A DNA stretch of 64,000 nucleotides from Nitrospirales bacterium (lineage in GTDB: Bacteria; Nitrospirota; Nitrospiria; Nitrospirales; UBA8639). The notes beneath the pieces are model-generated. The model saw only the letters and a program-made list of their open reading frames with translations, had not been told where the DNA came from and did not search any database. How positions within the stretch are numbered: the first letter of the stretch is position 1; the number at the start of each line of letters is the position of its first letter. The translations under genes and the position numbers were made by a program. Where the stretch lies: positions 12,621 through 76,620 of the forward strand of contig BQIW01000005.1 of the NCBI GenBank assembly GCA_021604105.1, written 5' to 3'. Shown here one piece after another: positions 9,748 through 19,113 of the stretch.

Positions 9748-11229
9748 ATGATCGACATCCCGCAATCACCCACATCATGTGCCGACGCTCAGACACCCAG
9801 ACTGGAGATCCCACTGAACCTCCAGAAAACCCTGGTGAAGAAAAAACAGACGATTTTAAGCGTCAGCCTTTCAAATAATCGATTGAAAGCCTTATCAATT
9901 GTGAAAAATACCATTGGACGGAGTTGGGAACGTCCAGGCCGGCACGTATCCCTAGACACACTTCGGGATGCGTTGGAGGAAGCGATTCACCACACTCAAT
10001 TTCCCGGCACGCACCTCTCCATGCTTGTTGACCATCCGCGGCTTGCCTCGCGGACCATTCAAATCCCTCCGATGCTCCTCACTGACCTCCTTCCCTTTCT
10101 CGAACGAAAGGTCCAACAGGAAAAACCGTGTGAGGGACCCGCGGCTTGGCGATATCAGATTGGCCTGGAAGCGCGAGGAAAATTACATATTCACCTTGAT
10201 ATTTGGCCACAAGACTATATCGATAAGATCGTGCACATCTGCCAAGAGTTGGGTTTATCTCTTCGTCAGTTGGCTCCTCTTTCTACTCTGGCTGAGAGTC
10301 AACTCAGCACGTTGCCCGTCGAACCGGGACAAGGTTCGATCCTGATAACCATGCTAGAAGGCAAAATCATGATTGCCGCAGGAAAGGATGATGGAACCCC
10401 GATCTGGACGCGACATCTGTTCCCCGCTCAAGACTGGGTTCCACTTGGAGAGCGGATCGGAACCGAGGCCAATCGAACGATAATGTTTATCACACAACAA
10501 ACAAATTTACAGTTTCCCTGCATCTGGTTTTGGGACGATGAAGAACGGGTAACCGCGGGTGAAATACAGCCACACGTGAACACTCCCCTAGTCCCATACC
10601 CCATCAAACCGGACTGGAATTACTGGCTGTGGGTCGGTGCGATGCTTCCGGTCAATCTGCACCGTAACTTCACGCCCACGCAGGTTCTCCAAGCCCCGCT
10701 ACGAAAGACCCTCACCAAAGCTTTCGTCGCCATGCTTGCGGTTTTTATTCTTTTCGGAGTTGGAACAACCAGCGTCATCGAAGGGTATTTGGCCAGACAT
10801 CGCGCTGCGATGCAGACCATGACCGACCAGGTCACCACCCTCCAGCAGGATCACGCGCAATGGGAACATCGCCTCATGTCGTTAGACACGAAACGGCAAT
10901 GGGCCCAATCCGTCAGAGAAACCACCAGGCCGGAATTAGAAGGCCCGTTTCTCAGCTATCTGGGATCCATTATCCCGGCACAGGTCATCTTGCGCAAAGC
11001 CTTTGTGGAGCGAACCCAGGACGGATGGAACGTGGAGCTGGACGGTAGCGCTTCTACCAATCTTGCCGCCACATTGCTTGTCGTGGATCAATTCGTGCAA
11101 CAGCTGGCGGATGGACCATATCATGTGTCCCTGCATGAGGATTGGCGGGATCAACTCTTGACCCAAACCGCCACCTCAAGCAATGAGCGTCCACTCTATC
11201 GGTTCACCTTGAAGGGAACCATGTTATGA
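9748..11229 (+). CDS. GspL-like / fused PilM-PilN-like assembly protein
   Basis: The ATG at 9748 follows the stop of the upstream gene. The architecture is a ~330-aa cytoplasmic domain, one TM (AFVAMLAVFILFGVGTTSVI), a coiled coil and a ~130-aa periplasmic domain. The call rests on architecture and position in the cluster. Confidence 0.45.
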   Translation: MIDIPQSPTSCADAQTPRLEIPLNLQKTLVKKKQTILSVSLSNNRLKALSIVKNTIGRSWERPGRHVSLDTLRDALEEAIHHTQFPGTHLSMLVDHPRLASRTIQIPPMLLTDLLPFLERKVQQEKPCEGPAAWRYQIGLEARGKLHIHLDIWPQDYIDKIVHICQELGLSLRQLAPLSTLAESQLSTLPVEPGQGSILITMLEGKIMIAAGKDDGTPIWTRHLFPAQDWVPLGERIGTEANRTIMFITQQTNLQFPCIWFWDDEERVTAGEIQPHVNTPLVPYPIKPDWNYWLWVGAMLPVNLHRNFTPTQVLQAPLRKTLTKAFVAMLAVFILFGVGTTSVIEGYLARHRAAMQTMTDQVTTLQQDHAQWEHRLMSLDTKRQWAQSVRETTRPELEGPFLSYLGSIIPAQVILRKAFVERTQDGWNVELDGSASTNLAATLLVVDQFVQQLADGPYHVSLHEDWRDQLLTQTATSSNERPLYRFTLKGTML

Positions 11230-11813
11230 AGTGGCTTCGCCGTTTTGAGTGGCCCAATCCCCAACAGCTCAAAAGCACGGCCCTGGTGGTGCTCCTGATT
11301 GGCACGTTATCCATTGTGGGCTGGGTGAGTCTGGATAAACTTTTCACCATTCAGAAGCGCCAATCGTTGACTCAAGATGCGATCGGCTTGGAACGACAAG
11401 TGTCGGAGCTTCGCTCTCAATACCTTCAGGCTCGTCCGGATGCGCTTGACACCCACCTCCAACTGGCTGAACAACGCTTACTCCACAACTTCACCCATTT
11501 AGCACAATGGGCGCAAACGCTTCAAACCGACGGCAAACAGTGGAACCTCCTCATCCAGTATCGGATTTTGAACACAGAACGCACCACCGCTCCCATCCAG
11601 GGAGTGACATTGGTTCCGTTGGAAATTCAAGTCAACTCGCAGGGACACACCAATGCGTATCGTTCCTATCTTCAATTTCTAAAATCTCTCACCAGATCCG
11701 GACCAAGAGTCGACATTCAGAATGTGACGGTCATGGGGGATGGTCAACAAGCCACTCATTTAACCATTGGATTGTCGGTATGGATGAAAATCAGCGATTC
11801 CGTCGAGCTTTAA
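11226..11813 (+). CDS. PilO/GspM-like bitopic assembly protein
   Basis: 195 aa with an N-terminal TM, a coiled coil and a periplasmic domain. A 4-nt start/stop overlap suggests translational coupling to the upstream gene. Confidence 0.45.
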   Translation: MKWLRRFEWPNPQQLKSTALVVLLIGTLSIVGWVSLDKLFTIQKRQSLTQDAIGLERQVSELRSQYLQARPDALDTHLQLAEQRLLHNFTHLAQWAQTLQTDGKQWNLLIQYRILNTERTTAPIQGVTLVPLEIQVNSQGHTNAYRSYLQFLKSLTRSGPRVDIQNVTVMGDGQQATHLTIGLSVWMKISDSVEL

Positions 11814-12298
11814 AAAATCCGTTTGTCACGATTGGTCTGTGCCTTCTGGCAGGATTCGCAGTCTATACCAATATCGTGGATACGGCATCCGATGCACCGG
11901 GAATCATCTCCGTGGGACTGAATCGACTGCTTTCTGCCCCGACTCTCTCTCCCCTTACCTCTGCGGGGCGACCCCATGACGATGAGGCTGGTCAATGGAT
12001 CGAATACTCAAGCCGTGATCCTTTTGCCCCCATGATGGTCGCCTCTCAGGCTCCCTCGTCCCCACCATCAATGGGAGGGGACCAAACAGGTAGGCACCCA
12101 CAGATGAAACATGCGCTTACCCTTAAAGCCATTGCCGTCGAAGGCGAACAACGGAGTGCCGTGATCAACCGGACCGTCGTGTATGAAGGAGAAACGATTA
12201 AGGGGTATCAGGTCCTGTCCATTCAGGCCAAAGGCGTATGGCTCAAACATCAGGGAAAAACCCAGTGGTTAACATTTTCTGAGAAAGCCACGTCATAA
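11780..12298 (+). CDS. PilP/GspC-like protein
   Basis: Internal ATG at 11780 with an N-terminal TM. The C-terminus (LKAIAVEGEQRSAVINRTVVYEGETIKGYQVLSIQAKGVWLKH) resembles the PilP/GspC HR beta-domain. The track ORF from 11507 overlaps the previous gene and is an extension. Confidence 0.5.
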   Translation: MDENQRFRRALKNPFVTIGLCLLAGFAVYTNIVDTASDAPGIISVGLNRLLSAPTLSPLTSAGRPHDDEAGQWIEYSSRDPFAPMMVASQAPSSPPSMGGDQTGRHPQMKHALTLKAIAVEGEQRSAVINRTVVYEGETIKGYQVLSIQAKGVWLKHQGKTQWLTFSEKATS

Positions 12299-12314
12299 CT
12301 TTCCTCAACACTCT

Positions 12315-13937
12315 ATGAAAGACGACATGCGACACAACACTATAGGGATCCCTCAGACCTTCATGATGTCCGGTCAACCGTTCAACGGGGCATATAACAC
12401 ATATGGCGTCCGAGTCATTCAAATCCTGGCTATCTTGGGCATGTTCAGCCTGTGGGGATGTACCATCTCCAACCCGGATGTAGACCTGTCAATTCCAGAT
12501 ACCAACACCACACAGACCTCCCATAAATCTTCCTTGAATTCAGAATTATCCCCCCTACCCGGAAACAATCCTCAGTCAACATTTTCGCTAGAGGATCGCA
12601 TGTGGCTTACCGGCGATCTTCCCAAAGCTCCGGCACCAGCACCTGCCCCTTCTTTGGGGCCTTTGTATTCGTTTCGCGCACAGGACCTGCCTGTCATCGA
12701 CGCCTTGGCGTTGTTTGCTCGGAGCAATCATTTAAATATTGTGGCCGGGCCAGAAATCACCGGCACCATCACCGTCGACTTTTATCAACTTCCTCTGGAA
12801 CAGGCCATGTCGGCCATTTTGGAAGCTCACGGCTATTATTGGGAACACCACCAGAACCTGATCCATGTCAGACAATTCAAAACGAAAACATTGAACGTCG
12901 ATTACATCCGTCTCGTTCGAAGTGGAACAGGACAAAACCGCGCGCAGCTCAGCTCCGGTTCCAGCGGGGGGAGCGGAGGCGGGGCATCACAGGACACCGG
13001 ACAAATCACGGTGAACCAGGAGGACGAAATAAAATTCTGGGAAGAATTGGAAATGCAAATTAAGACCCTGATGTCCGAAGAGGGACGACTCGTGGTCAAT
13101 CGTCTCTCGGGAACCATTCAGATATCCGATCGATATAAACGGGTCGATGAAATTGACGATTTTCTCAAAAACGTTCACGAGGCTCTGTACCGACAGGTAG
13201 AGATCGAGGTACGAATTTATGAAGTCGCCCTGGATGATCAATTTAGCCTTGGCATTGATTGGAGCAGAATTAATTTCGATGGCACAAATGGCGCGATTGC
13301 CCTTGCCAACATTATTACCGCTCCATTCGGAGGGTTCATGGCGAAGGCTGCCACGACCACTATCTCTTTCGAGGATGGGAGCTTTGATGGAGTTCTCGAA
13401 GCCTTGGAAGAACAGGGTGACGTTCGTGTGGTCTCGCAACCTCGCGTGGTCACCATGAATAATCAACCGGCCTTGGTTAAAGTTGCCACTGATCAACCCT
13501 TCTTTTCTTCAACCGTTGCTCAAGGAACTGCCGGTAGCGGCAATATTGTTACTGAGCAGGTGCGATCCGTGACGGTAGGCTTAGTCCTTTCCGTTACCCC
13601 TCAAATTTCCGAGGATGGTTGGATCATGCTGGATGTGACCCCTATTCTCTCCCGACTTCGTGCCATTGAGAAATCGCCAGGAGCTGAAAGAGGAGAGGCC
13701 GGGTCCACTGCTCCGGTTTTAGATGTCAAGCAATCCTCAGGATTGGTCAGGCTGAAAGATGGAGAAATGGTCATCATCGGTGGACTCATCCAAGAGGAAA
13801 GCTCAGAAACCGAGCGCAAAGTTCCTCTCTTAGGGGATATTCCCTATCTTGGTCGATTATTTAAGGGAACATACACCGCTAAAAGGAAAAGCGAACTGGT
13901 CATCTTTCTCTCCCCTAAGATTATACGAGCCTCATGA
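12315..13937 (+). CDS. secretin (PilQ/GspD/MshL family), probable lipoprotein
   Basis: Lipobox LWGC, an N0/STN-like domain (DLPVIDALALFARSNHLNIV...), and the C-terminal secretin signature VPLLGDIPYLGRLFK...ELVIFLSPKII. Confidence 0.9.
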   Translation: MKDDMRHNTIGIPQTFMMSGQPFNGAYNTYGVRVIQILAILGMFSLWGCTISNPDVDLSIPDTNTTQTSHKSSLNSELSPLPGNNPQSTFSLEDRMWLTGDLPKAPAPAPAPSLGPLYSFRAQDLPVIDALALFARSNHLNIVAGPEITGTITVDFYQLPLEQAMSAILEAHGYYWEHHQNLIHVRQFKTKTLNVDYIRLVRSGTGQNRAQLSSGSSGGSGGGASQDTGQITVNQEDEIKFWEELEMQIKTLMSEEGRLVVNRLSGTIQISDRYKRVDEIDDFLKNVHEALYRQVEIEVRIYEVALDDQFSLGIDWSRINFDGTNGAIALANIITAPFGGFMAKAATTTISFEDGSFDGVLEALEEQGDVRVVSQPRVVTMNNQPALVKVATDQPFFSSTVAQGTAGSGNIVTEQVRSVTVGLVLSVTPQISEDGWIMLDVTPILSRLRAIEKSPGAERGEAGSTAPVLDVKQSSGLVRLKDGEMVIIGGLIQEESSETERKVPLLGDIPYLGRLFKGTYTAKRKSELVIFLSPKIIRAS

Positions 13938-14761
13938 TGACGACACTAGATCTCAGCATGTGCTATGAGGAATTGGGGTTTTCGGAACCCCCATTTCGCC
14001 TAACGCCGGATACCGATTACTTTTTCCCCGGAAGCCACCATCTGGAAGCCCTGAACCATCTCAGATTTGGCATAGCCAGTGGTGGACTCACCATGCTGAC
14101 CGGAGAAGTGGGTCTCGGCAAAACACTATTGTGCCGGCATTTGCTTCGGCATCCGCCGACCGGGGTCCGGTTCGCCTACCTTATGAATCCGGACCAGTCC
14201 TATTCTGATTTACTTGTATCCATTTATGAAGATTTGACCGGAACATTACCTGGGGATCAGTCACTTGGGGCCTTACAACGGGAATTGCCTAAACTGTTGC
14301 TTCGTCTAGCCGTGGAAGGAGAACGGGTCGTCGTGTTGGTAGACGAAGCCCACCGGTTGAGTGGAAAAGTCCTGGAAGGACTTCGGCTTCTCTCTAATCT
14401 GGATACCGAAAAAGATAAGTTGATGTGTCTCCTGCTGGTTGGACAACCGGAATTAGAACAAAAGCTGGCGACTCGTACCCTTCGTCCATTACGCCAACGC
14501 ATTAGCGTTCGCTATCGCCTTGAATCATTTACCTGGCAGGAGACTCGTGCATACATCCGACATCGACTGCATATCGCCGATGCCAGACACCGCCTGCATT
14601 TTGGTGTGGGAGTGCTCTGGCTCATTTATGTCTGGAGTCGTGGAGTTCCGCGACGCATCAATCAACTGTGTGACCGGGCTCTGTTAGCCGCTTATGCTCA
14701 AGGACGACATACAGTGACTCCCCTGATGATCTGGCGCGCAACCAAAGAATTTCTCCCATAG
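13934..14761 (+). CDS. ExeA/GspA/MshM-type AAA ATPase
   Basis: Walker A GEVGLGKT, Walker B VVLVDEAH and LLLVGQPEL. It overlaps the secretin stop. Confidence 0.85.
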   Translation: MMTTLDLSMCYEELGFSEPPFRLTPDTDYFFPGSHHLEALNHLRFGIASGGLTMLTGEVGLGKTLLCRHLLRHPPTGVRFAYLMNPDQSYSDLLVSIYEDLTGTLPGDQSLGALQRELPKLLLRLAVEGERVVVLVDEAHRLSGKVLEGLRLLSNLDTEKDKLMCLLLVGQPELEQKLATRTLRPLRQRISVRYRLESFTWQETRAYIRHRLHIADARHRLHFGVGVLWLIYVWSRGVPRRINQLCDRALLAAYAQGRHTVTPLMIWRATKEFLP

Positions 14762-14788
14762 CGAGAGGATCACGGAAACCCAACAACC

Positions 14789-16138
14789 ATGAGTATCATC
14801 GCCGATACACTCCAGCGACTTCAGACTCAGGCCAAAAATGAAACGACTGAGACGACCCAACAGGCCCCCCTTGTTCTTCCGGCCAGGGTAAGAAGAGAAC
14901 CGGGCTGGCACCGCCGACCCTCTCCATTAAAGTTTTGGTTGATTGGGATGGGCATGGCAATCGGATTGTGCAGTCTCGGTATGACCGCTTACTGGATCGG
15001 TTTCCACCTGGACATTGGAATGCCAACGGAAGCCTCTTCTTTTGCCAGACAGCCTGTGGCCCTCTTACAGTCTCCTCCACTTTCGGAGACTCCACCTGGT
15101 CCTTCGGTTTCTTTTGAAGGCTCGCAGATACCAATTGCTGACCCGGTTGAGAGCCTTCCAGTATCTGCTGCCCAGGAACCGGATGAGGAATTGCCCACAT
15201 CCCAAGATAGTGCGTCAATAGAGCCATCCTCCCCATTAAATGTCAAACCTGCCCTCCCCACACAACCCGCGGGAGAAACTCCTGACTCCACCGTACCTGC
15301 AACACGATTAATACCCTCCACATCCGATGAGCCTCAACAGAAAACCGTGGCCACAGCCATTTCAATTTCTCACAACACCACAGACCTCGCACCGACACAC
15401 CCGATCACTGATCCGAAGGAAATCGGAAACACTCCTGCGGTCTTAGCCCTTGCCCAAACAGAACAACCTGATTCGGTCATTGTCGAATTCGCATCCGTGG
15501 ATGAGACAGACACCCCCATCCCGTTGGAAGCCGATCCAGAGGAAGTAAAAGGGAATCCTGATGAACCCACGACCACCACGTCTCTTGTGATTGATGAACC
15601 TTCTGCCCCTGTGAACACGACAGCTCTTCCTCTGAAAAACGAGAGATTTCAGATGGACAATCCGGACTTAGGACCACCACAGCAATCTCCAGCCAATTGG
15701 CTCCATCGCGCCCGAGAACTTATCCAAAATGGTGAATACCACGAGGCACAAGCCATACTCTCTCCCCTCTTCCATGATCCCCCCATCACTTGGGAACCAT
15801 GGTTTTGGATGGGAACGGCGTATTTGGGGGCAGGCCAACTTGAAGAGGCCGATCAGTATTTTTTGAGCGGCCTCGCACGAAACGACAAAGTTCCCCAATT
15901 GTGGATCCAACGAGCACTGGTGGCTCAGCAACAAGGGAGTTTCCAACTTGCAGTGCATGAACTTCGGCAAGCCGAGGCACTCCAACCGGATTTGCCCCAT
16001 ATCCATTTGAATATGGGCTATGCGTATGAGCGAATGGGAAATAATCGGTTAGCGAATCAATATTTCGTGAAATTTTTACAATTAACGGAAGGCCAGCCTG
16101 AATTCTTTTCTATCAGAAAAAAACTGTTTGCCCGCTAA
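14789..16138 (+). CDS. membrane-anchored TPR protein (MshN-like position)
   Basis: One TM, a long Pro/Ser/Thr/Glu-rich linker and C-terminal TPR repeats. It sits downstream of the ExeA/MshM-type gene, as in MSHA loci. Confidence 0.55.
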   Translation: MSIIADTLQRLQTQAKNETTETTQQAPLVLPARVRREPGWHRRPSPLKFWLIGMGMAIGLCSLGMTAYWIGFHLDIGMPTEASSFARQPVALLQSPPLSETPPGPSVSFEGSQIPIADPVESLPVSAAQEPDEELPTSQDSASIEPSSPLNVKPALPTQPAGETPDSTVPATRLIPSTSDEPQQKTVATAISISHNTTDLAPTHPITDPKEIGNTPAVLALAQTEQPDSVIVEFASVDETDTPIPLEADPEEVKGNPDEPTTTTSLVIDEPSAPVNTTALPLKNERFQMDNPDLGPPQQSPANWLHRARELIQNGEYHEAQAILSPLFHDPPITWEPWFWMGTAYLGAGQLEEADQYFLSGLARNDKVPQLWIQRALVAQQQGSFQLAVHELRQAEALQPDLPHIHLNMGYAYERMGNNRLANQYFVKFLQLTEGQPEFFSIRKKLFAR

Positions 16139-17057
16139 ACGTCTATAACTCCGTCGCAGACCTATCTAACCGATACCACTTTAAGACTTCGGTGAAAAAG
16201 GAAACGACCACCCACCAAACCCGATTTTCATCATTGTAGACGAGTGTCGGGACCGGATCCCCTCAACGGTCACGCTTTCAACAGCCGTCAGTCGTATTCC
16301 ATGTAAAAGAGCTGTAACCTCATCACGAGGTTCCTCCACCCATCCGGTCTACATCCATGAGTGAGTCGTTTTGCCATCCATGAACAACATCATCCCCCTC
16401 ATGGTCTCTGCGCTTGGGAATGAATATGCCCAACCATGGAATCAGTTTGCTCTTTTGGACCTACTGTAAGAAATAGAAACTCACCGGAACAGAAGATATT
16501 TTCCAGAATCGTCGCCGTGGGAGCGTATAAAAAAGTCCGGGAAATTGCCATGAAATGCGACCAGGTCTTGAATCGAATCAATATCGAGGTCCAACAACGT
16601 CAACCCGCCAACCAGGTCCTTCAAGAAAACCTAGGCAAGATCCGCATACGCATCAATCACACCCTGGACGGCATTATCGGACACTACCCCCTAGAATCCT
16701 GACGATTTGGAAAATCTCATGATCATGTCACCATGAATCTGAATAAAATGTGTTGATGGGCAATCGTTTACCAGATCTTTCCCGTTATATATTGGACCCA
16801 TCCCGTCTCTTATGCTGACTGATTCGCCATCTTTCATGGCACGCCATTCTCATCTCGTTTTAACTCTTTTTCGAATCTCCCCCTTAATTTTGCCTTCGTT
16901 CCGTCCGACAAAATCAATGGGCAACATTTTTGTAGAAAAAAAGGCCCACAACGGGCCAGACAACCTGCATGTTCTTTGCCCTATGACCACACACAACAAC
17001 AGGACTCAATTACCGGACGAGCCCAATCATGACTAATGACTAAAATCGTGAGCTAAC

Positions 17058-18437
17058 ATGCCCTTCGTTCCTCTTCACGCAAACGCTCTGCGACTGGGAT
17101 TGTACATCAAGATTGAGGGATCCTGGTTCAGTCATCCTTTCCCAACCAATTCATTCAAAATCGAATCGGCAAAAGACCTTGAAACACTTCGTGGACTCAC
17201 GAAAGTCAAGTTGTATTTCGATCCAGATCGTTCCGACCCCGAAGGAATTCGTTCCGACCACATCAAGGAGCCTGACCGGAAGGATGTTCCAAGCACGGTA
17301 GAACCAGACAAAGAACCCTCGACAGAATATGAGCCCCTCACCTCACACGATTTTTCAGAAAATGAAGTCACTACGGAAGATCCTATACAAAGGAAAGTCG
17401 CCCAACACCAGGCCTTCCAGGTCTACCAGGAACATTTGCAGGCAGTTGGGGGTCAATTTCAGGAGGTGGTGCACGAAGCCAAACAGGTTATGCAGGACGT
17501 GATCACTGGCCGACCTCGAGGACTCCGGACGGCACAGAAAATTGTCGGAGAGCTGTATGAGATCCTTGATATAGCCGACAATTCAAGAGCGCTGCTGAAC
17601 CTGATCGGTTCCAACGAAACTAAGGAGGAATTTTTTCTCCATGCACTCAATGTGTGTTCACTATCTCTCATGGTTGGGCAGGATTTAGGGTTATCGCGCG
17701 AAGACGCAGAAAAGCTGGCTCTCGGGGCTCTATTTCATGATATAGGCGAACTCAAGTTTCCGGCAGAGCAATTATTACGAAAAGGGTTGATGTCTGCATC
17801 CGAACGGAAAATTTTTTTGAGCACTCATCCGAAATACGGGGTAGAGTTGGCCGAGAAGTTGCCCAATTTTCCCTATGAAGCGATTGACGTGATTCGCCAG
17901 CACCATGAACGTCTCAACGGGTCAGGATTTCCAACAGGAAGAAAAGAGGAACAAATCAGCCAATTCGCCAAAATTGTCATGGTGGTGGATGAGTACGATG
18001 AACTATGCCATCATCCGGATCCAGCCAAATCTCTCATTCCCTCAGAGGCTCTATCCTATTTATACGTCAAATGCCGGCACACACTCTGGCATGACGCCGT
18101 CGTCTCGTTAATCAGCCAGTTGGGTGTCTACCCTCCAGGCTCACTGGTCAATTTGAGTAATCAGAAAATTGGAATCGTCACCAGTGTGAACCTTGCGAAC
18201 CGGCTTCGACCAGTCATTCTCGTCTATGATGAATCCACATCTCCGGATGAACCGATTATTCTGAATCTGTCTGAGGAGGATGAAGCGCTCTCTATCGTCA
18301 GCGCCATTCGACCCGTCGACCTTTCTTCCAAAATCAGGGAATGCCTTAACCCTCGTCGAATCATCAGCTACTTTCCCTCTGGCTCTTCTACAGAAACCGG
18401 GATCGGAGGTCGCCATACTCTTGCTGGATCTACTTAA
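17058..18437 (+). CDS. HD-GYP domain c-di-GMP phosphodiesterase with DUF3391-like N-terminus
   Basis: FHDIGE ... HPKYG ... HHERLNGSGFPTG (HD and GYP signatures). The N-terminus (LRLGLYIKIEGSWFSHPFP) is typical of DUF3391. Confidence 0.85.
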   Translation: MPFVPLHANALRLGLYIKIEGSWFSHPFPTNSFKIESAKDLETLRGLTKVKLYFDPDRSDPEGIRSDHIKEPDRKDVPSTVEPDKEPSTEYEPLTSHDFSENEVTTEDPIQRKVAQHQAFQVYQEHLQAVGGQFQEVVHEAKQVMQDVITGRPRGLRTAQKIVGELYEILDIADNSRALLNLIGSNETKEEFFLHALNVCSLSLMVGQDLGLSREDAEKLALGALFHDIGELKFPAEQLLRKGLMSASERKIFLSTHPKYGVELAEKLPNFPYEAIDVIRQHHERLNGSGFPTGRKEEQISQFAKIVMVVDEYDELCHHPDPAKSLIPSEALSYLYVKCRHTLWHDAVVSLISQLGVYPPGSLVNLSNQKIGIVTSVNLANRLRPVILVYDESTSPDEPIILNLSEEDEALSIVSAIRPVDLSSKIRECLNPRRIISYFPSGSSTETGIGGRHTLAGST

Positions 18438-18501
18438 TCCCTGCACAGGAACGTCCGCTAGACCATCCTGACCAAACTTGGTCTGGTGATACGTGAAAAC
18501 C

Positions 18502-18873
18502 TTATGGGAGTAAGGACCGCCCAACAATCTGACGGATCCAGGCTAACCACCATGTTTTCCTCGTTTCAAGGGGAATCTCGGGATCAGGATATTCCACCCA
18601 CAGCTCCTGATTCCCAAGATACTGCTCCCCAATAAAGATACGTTGGGTTCGTAATTGCCGATAGCCCCTCTCATGTAACACGTGTATGAGTCCTTGCAGA
18701 ACCTGGTCTTCGGTAGGAACGGGATCAACATCTATCTGAAGCGATTCATAGCGGAGCCGAGCCTGGAATCCTCCTTCACAGGGAATAACATGGACTTGCC
18801 GATTGAACCCACGGTCACGGTCATCCAACCCGGCAACGTGATAAATATGGATGGAAGGAGATGTGGAACTCAT
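18502..18873 (-). CDS. hypothetical protein
   Basis: 123-aa ORF with ordinary composition. I recognise no family and see no clear SD. Confidence 0.35.
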   Translation of the reverse strand: MSSTSPSIHIYHVAGLDDRDRGFNRQVHVIPCEGGFQARLRYESLQIDVDPVPTEDQVLQGLIHVLHERGYRQLRTQRIFIGEQYLGNQELWVEYPDPEIPLETRKTWWLAWIRQIVGRSLLP

Positions 18874-19113
18874 ACGTGTAAAGGTCTATCATACCTCCGT
18901 TTGTTATCATCGCATAAGAGGAAAAAGGCCGTCGAGCCTTCGGAGCCACTTCCAGCTCTTTCGCCTTCGCACACAAATTCTCTTCAGAACTCAGCATGTC
19001 TTCTTCAAAAAGCCGGCGTCCTCGACTGACAACATAGAGCATCAATTTCCGCTGATTCCTCTTGCCTTCACCGGCGTGCTTTTCGTATCGTGGTACTCAA
19101 TGATTGTGACTGA

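Noticed and set aside
11507-11779. Upstream 91 codons of the track ORF 11507-12298, overlapping the PilO-like gene.
   Set aside because: This part overlaps almost the entire C-terminal half of the preceding gene in another frame. An internal ATG at 11780 gives a normal TM-anchored PilP-like protein.
16837-16852. TGGCACG upstream of the HD-GYP gene as a sigma54 -24 element.
   Set aside because: The position 10 nt after GG reads TC, not GC (TGGCACGCCATTCTCA), so the -12 element is missing.
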